The translations under genes were made by a program, and so were the position numbers. From a virus, in the IMG/VR virus record IMGVR_UViG_3300026157_000001, positions 4,770 through 68,769 of that record: 64,000 bases of DNA; one strand, 5' to 3'. Below are positions 62,589-64,000 of the stretch, in pieces (the first letter of the stretch is position 1; each line of letters starts with the position of its first letter). Under the pieces are notes generated by a model. It ran no database searches and had not been told where the DNA came from. It saw nothing but the letters and a program-made list of their open reading frames with translations.

Positions 62589-63104
62589 ATGATAATTAAA
62601 TCAATAGATACAGAATACGATGGATACCTATTTCGCTCCCGGCTAGAAGCACGCTGGGCAGTATACTTTAACGAAATGGGTATTCGATATATATACGAAC
62701 CAGTAGGGGTCATCTTATCTGATGGGTCTAAATATTTACCAGATTTTTACTTTCCAGACTTAGAATCTTGGGCAGAAGTGAAGGGCACTATGCTTGACTC
62801 TTTTGATAACCATCGGGCACAATTATTGTGCGAAGATTCAGAGAAACCAGTTTTAGTTTTGGACGGCGACCCAGGTACATGCTATTTCACACTGTATATA
62901 CCGGAGCCAGACGGTTACGGTGTAGAGATGGCAAATGTGATCGATGATGACGGAAGCTTTGTGATCAAACGACAGATGAAAGGCAAAAGAGCCTTCAGAG
63001 AATTTGGTAACAAAGGAGAAAAGGCCATAATGGCCGTAAATAAGGCGAGGCGTAAAAGATTTGACGTCTACAAGAACATAGACGCCGAAATACTTAACAG
63101 CTAA
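62589..63104 (+). CDS. PD-(D/E)xK nuclease
   Basis: FRSRLEARWA..YEP..YLPDF..EVKG. Promoter TTGGAA-17-TATATT-5-ATG. Confidence 0.75.
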   Translation: MIIKSIDTEYDGYLFRSRLEARWAVYFNEMGIRYIYEPVGVILSDGSKYLPDFYFPDLESWAEVKGTMLDSFDNHRAQLLCEDSEKPVLVLDGDPGTCYFTLYIPEPDGYGVEMANVIDDDGSFVIKRQMKGKRAFREFGNKGEKAIMAVNKARRKRFDVYKNIDAEILNS

Positions 63105-63173
63105 ACCTTAACTTAGGATAACTCAACAGCCCTCGATGCAGCACACATCGGGGGTTTTTTATTTCTATGAACT

Positions 63174-63389
63174 ATGATAAGACTACGAAGACATTTATAT
63201 GCATTAGAAAGGGTGATGTCTGGCGGACCTAAGACGTGTGACTATCGCACTCCTTTCAGTAGCTATCGAAGGAAAGTCTTATTGAGGAATATTCAATCAC
63301 TTGGTCACTCTGATCAGATAACCCAAAATGTTATAAGACACCACTCGAATAAATCACAGAAAGATTATGAAAACAAATATCTATCATGA
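63174..63389 (+). CDS. Hypothetical protein
   Basis: Small ORF after a terminator near 63130-63160. Confidence 0.55.
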   Translation: MIRLRRHLYALERVMSGGPKTCDYRTPFSSYRRKVLLRNIQSLGHSDQITQNVIRHHSNKSQKDYENKYLS

Positions 63390-63856
63390 AACTCACAAAA
63401 AAACAGTTAGAAAAATGTGAATACGATTTAAAGAAAGGTAAAGGATGGAGAAACAAAAAAGAGCACTGTTTACGAATTCTGAATCAGTGGAATCTATTAG
63501 ACAGGAAATTAGAAGACAGCGATCTGGAGTGGTTCTTCGAACGGTTTGTCCCGATGGAGCGGTCTCGTATAAACCGAGAGTTGCACAACCGTTACCAGTC
63601 CGGCGACTTGATTGGGTCCAAAACACCAACAGACTTGCCAGGGCGTTCCACGGGGTTCAACATAGTAACGTGTCCCCGCTTAGGACAAAAGTACCACGTA
63701 TCTTGGGCCTATCGGGGAGCCTTGTTCGTATTAGAGCAACTGGACCCAGACGGGGTACATGGATATCTAAATAACCCAAAAAATAAAAGAAAGAAGCTTC
63801 TAAAAGTGAAATTAGAGGATTTGAGACATTTAAAAGGAAAAACAGATGAGGGATGA
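63386..63856 (+). CDS. Hypothetical protein
   Basis: ORF. Confidence 0.6.
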   Translation: MKLTKKQLEKCEYDLKKGKGWRNKKEHCLRILNQWNLLDRKLEDSDLEWFFERFVPMERSRINRELHNRYQSGDLIGSKTPTDLPGRSTGFNIVTCPRLGQKYHVSWAYRGALFVLEQLDPDGVHGYLNNPKNKRKKLLKVKLEDLRHLKGKTDEG

Positions 63857-64000
63857 ACTCTTTTATTATGAACCAGGTAAAAGTAAACTACAAGATTCAT
63901 TTTGGGCACTTGAAAAAATAATAGAGCTTGAAATACATGGCAAACATCGCATCTATATCCAACCTTTCAGTTTTTATAGAGGCCACACTACCCGAAAAAG
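63846..64000 (+). CDS. Hypothetical protein, truncated by the window end
   Basis: MRDELFYY..FWALEKIIE stays open to the end. Confidence 0.5.
   Translation, partial: MRDELFYYEPGKSKLQDSFWALEKIIELEIHGKHRIYIQPFSFYRGHTTRK

Noticed and set aside
43240-63909. Minus-strand short ORFs within the plus-strand replication region
   Set aside because: Shadow ORFs overlapping well-supported genes.
1-64000. Eukaryotic virus origin suggested by the Myb, BCS1 and carrier-like domains and TACTAAC
   Set aside because: Terminase, bS21, rIIA/rIIB, sigma70-type promoters, intrinsic terminators and overlapping operons indicate a bacteriophage. TACTAAC lies in leaders, not introns.

Overview
The window is a 64 kb fragment of a large lytic dsDNA bacteriophage. 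A Bacteroidota-like host is suggested by bS21, a VirE-N/BT4734 primase and lipoprotein signals, but this is inference. The minus strand carries mostly virion and late genes: a head-maturation protease-like protein, a lambda gpA-like terminase, bS21, a nucleotidyltransferase, a gp5/GpV-like spike and a block of basic, Gly/Ala-rich modular proteins. The plus strand carries mostly small early or replication genes: primase-helicase, UvsE, a Cas4-like nuclease, a BCS1-like AAA ATPase, rIIA/rIIB and a HAD-receiver fusion. The supplied ORF track is fragmented because TGA is used as Trp: at least 15 in-frame TGAs join fragments exactly, several at conserved Trp positions. Once reassembled, the late block looks like a set of polyproteins. 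Enzyme modules (two ATP-grasps, an amidoligase, HExxH peptidases, HD, ParB, LigD phosphoesterase plus ligase, and a mitochondrial-carrier-like repeat) are separated by a recurring K-x-[A/S/G] motif and often bracketed by Gly-zipper helices. The window also contains a LAGLIDADG intein, a group I intron with a GIY-YIG gene in rIIA, two promoter classes (one apparently leaderless), an identical 20-mer closing three plus-strand gene islands, and three non-coding candidate elements. All calls come from manual motif reading; no searches were run.
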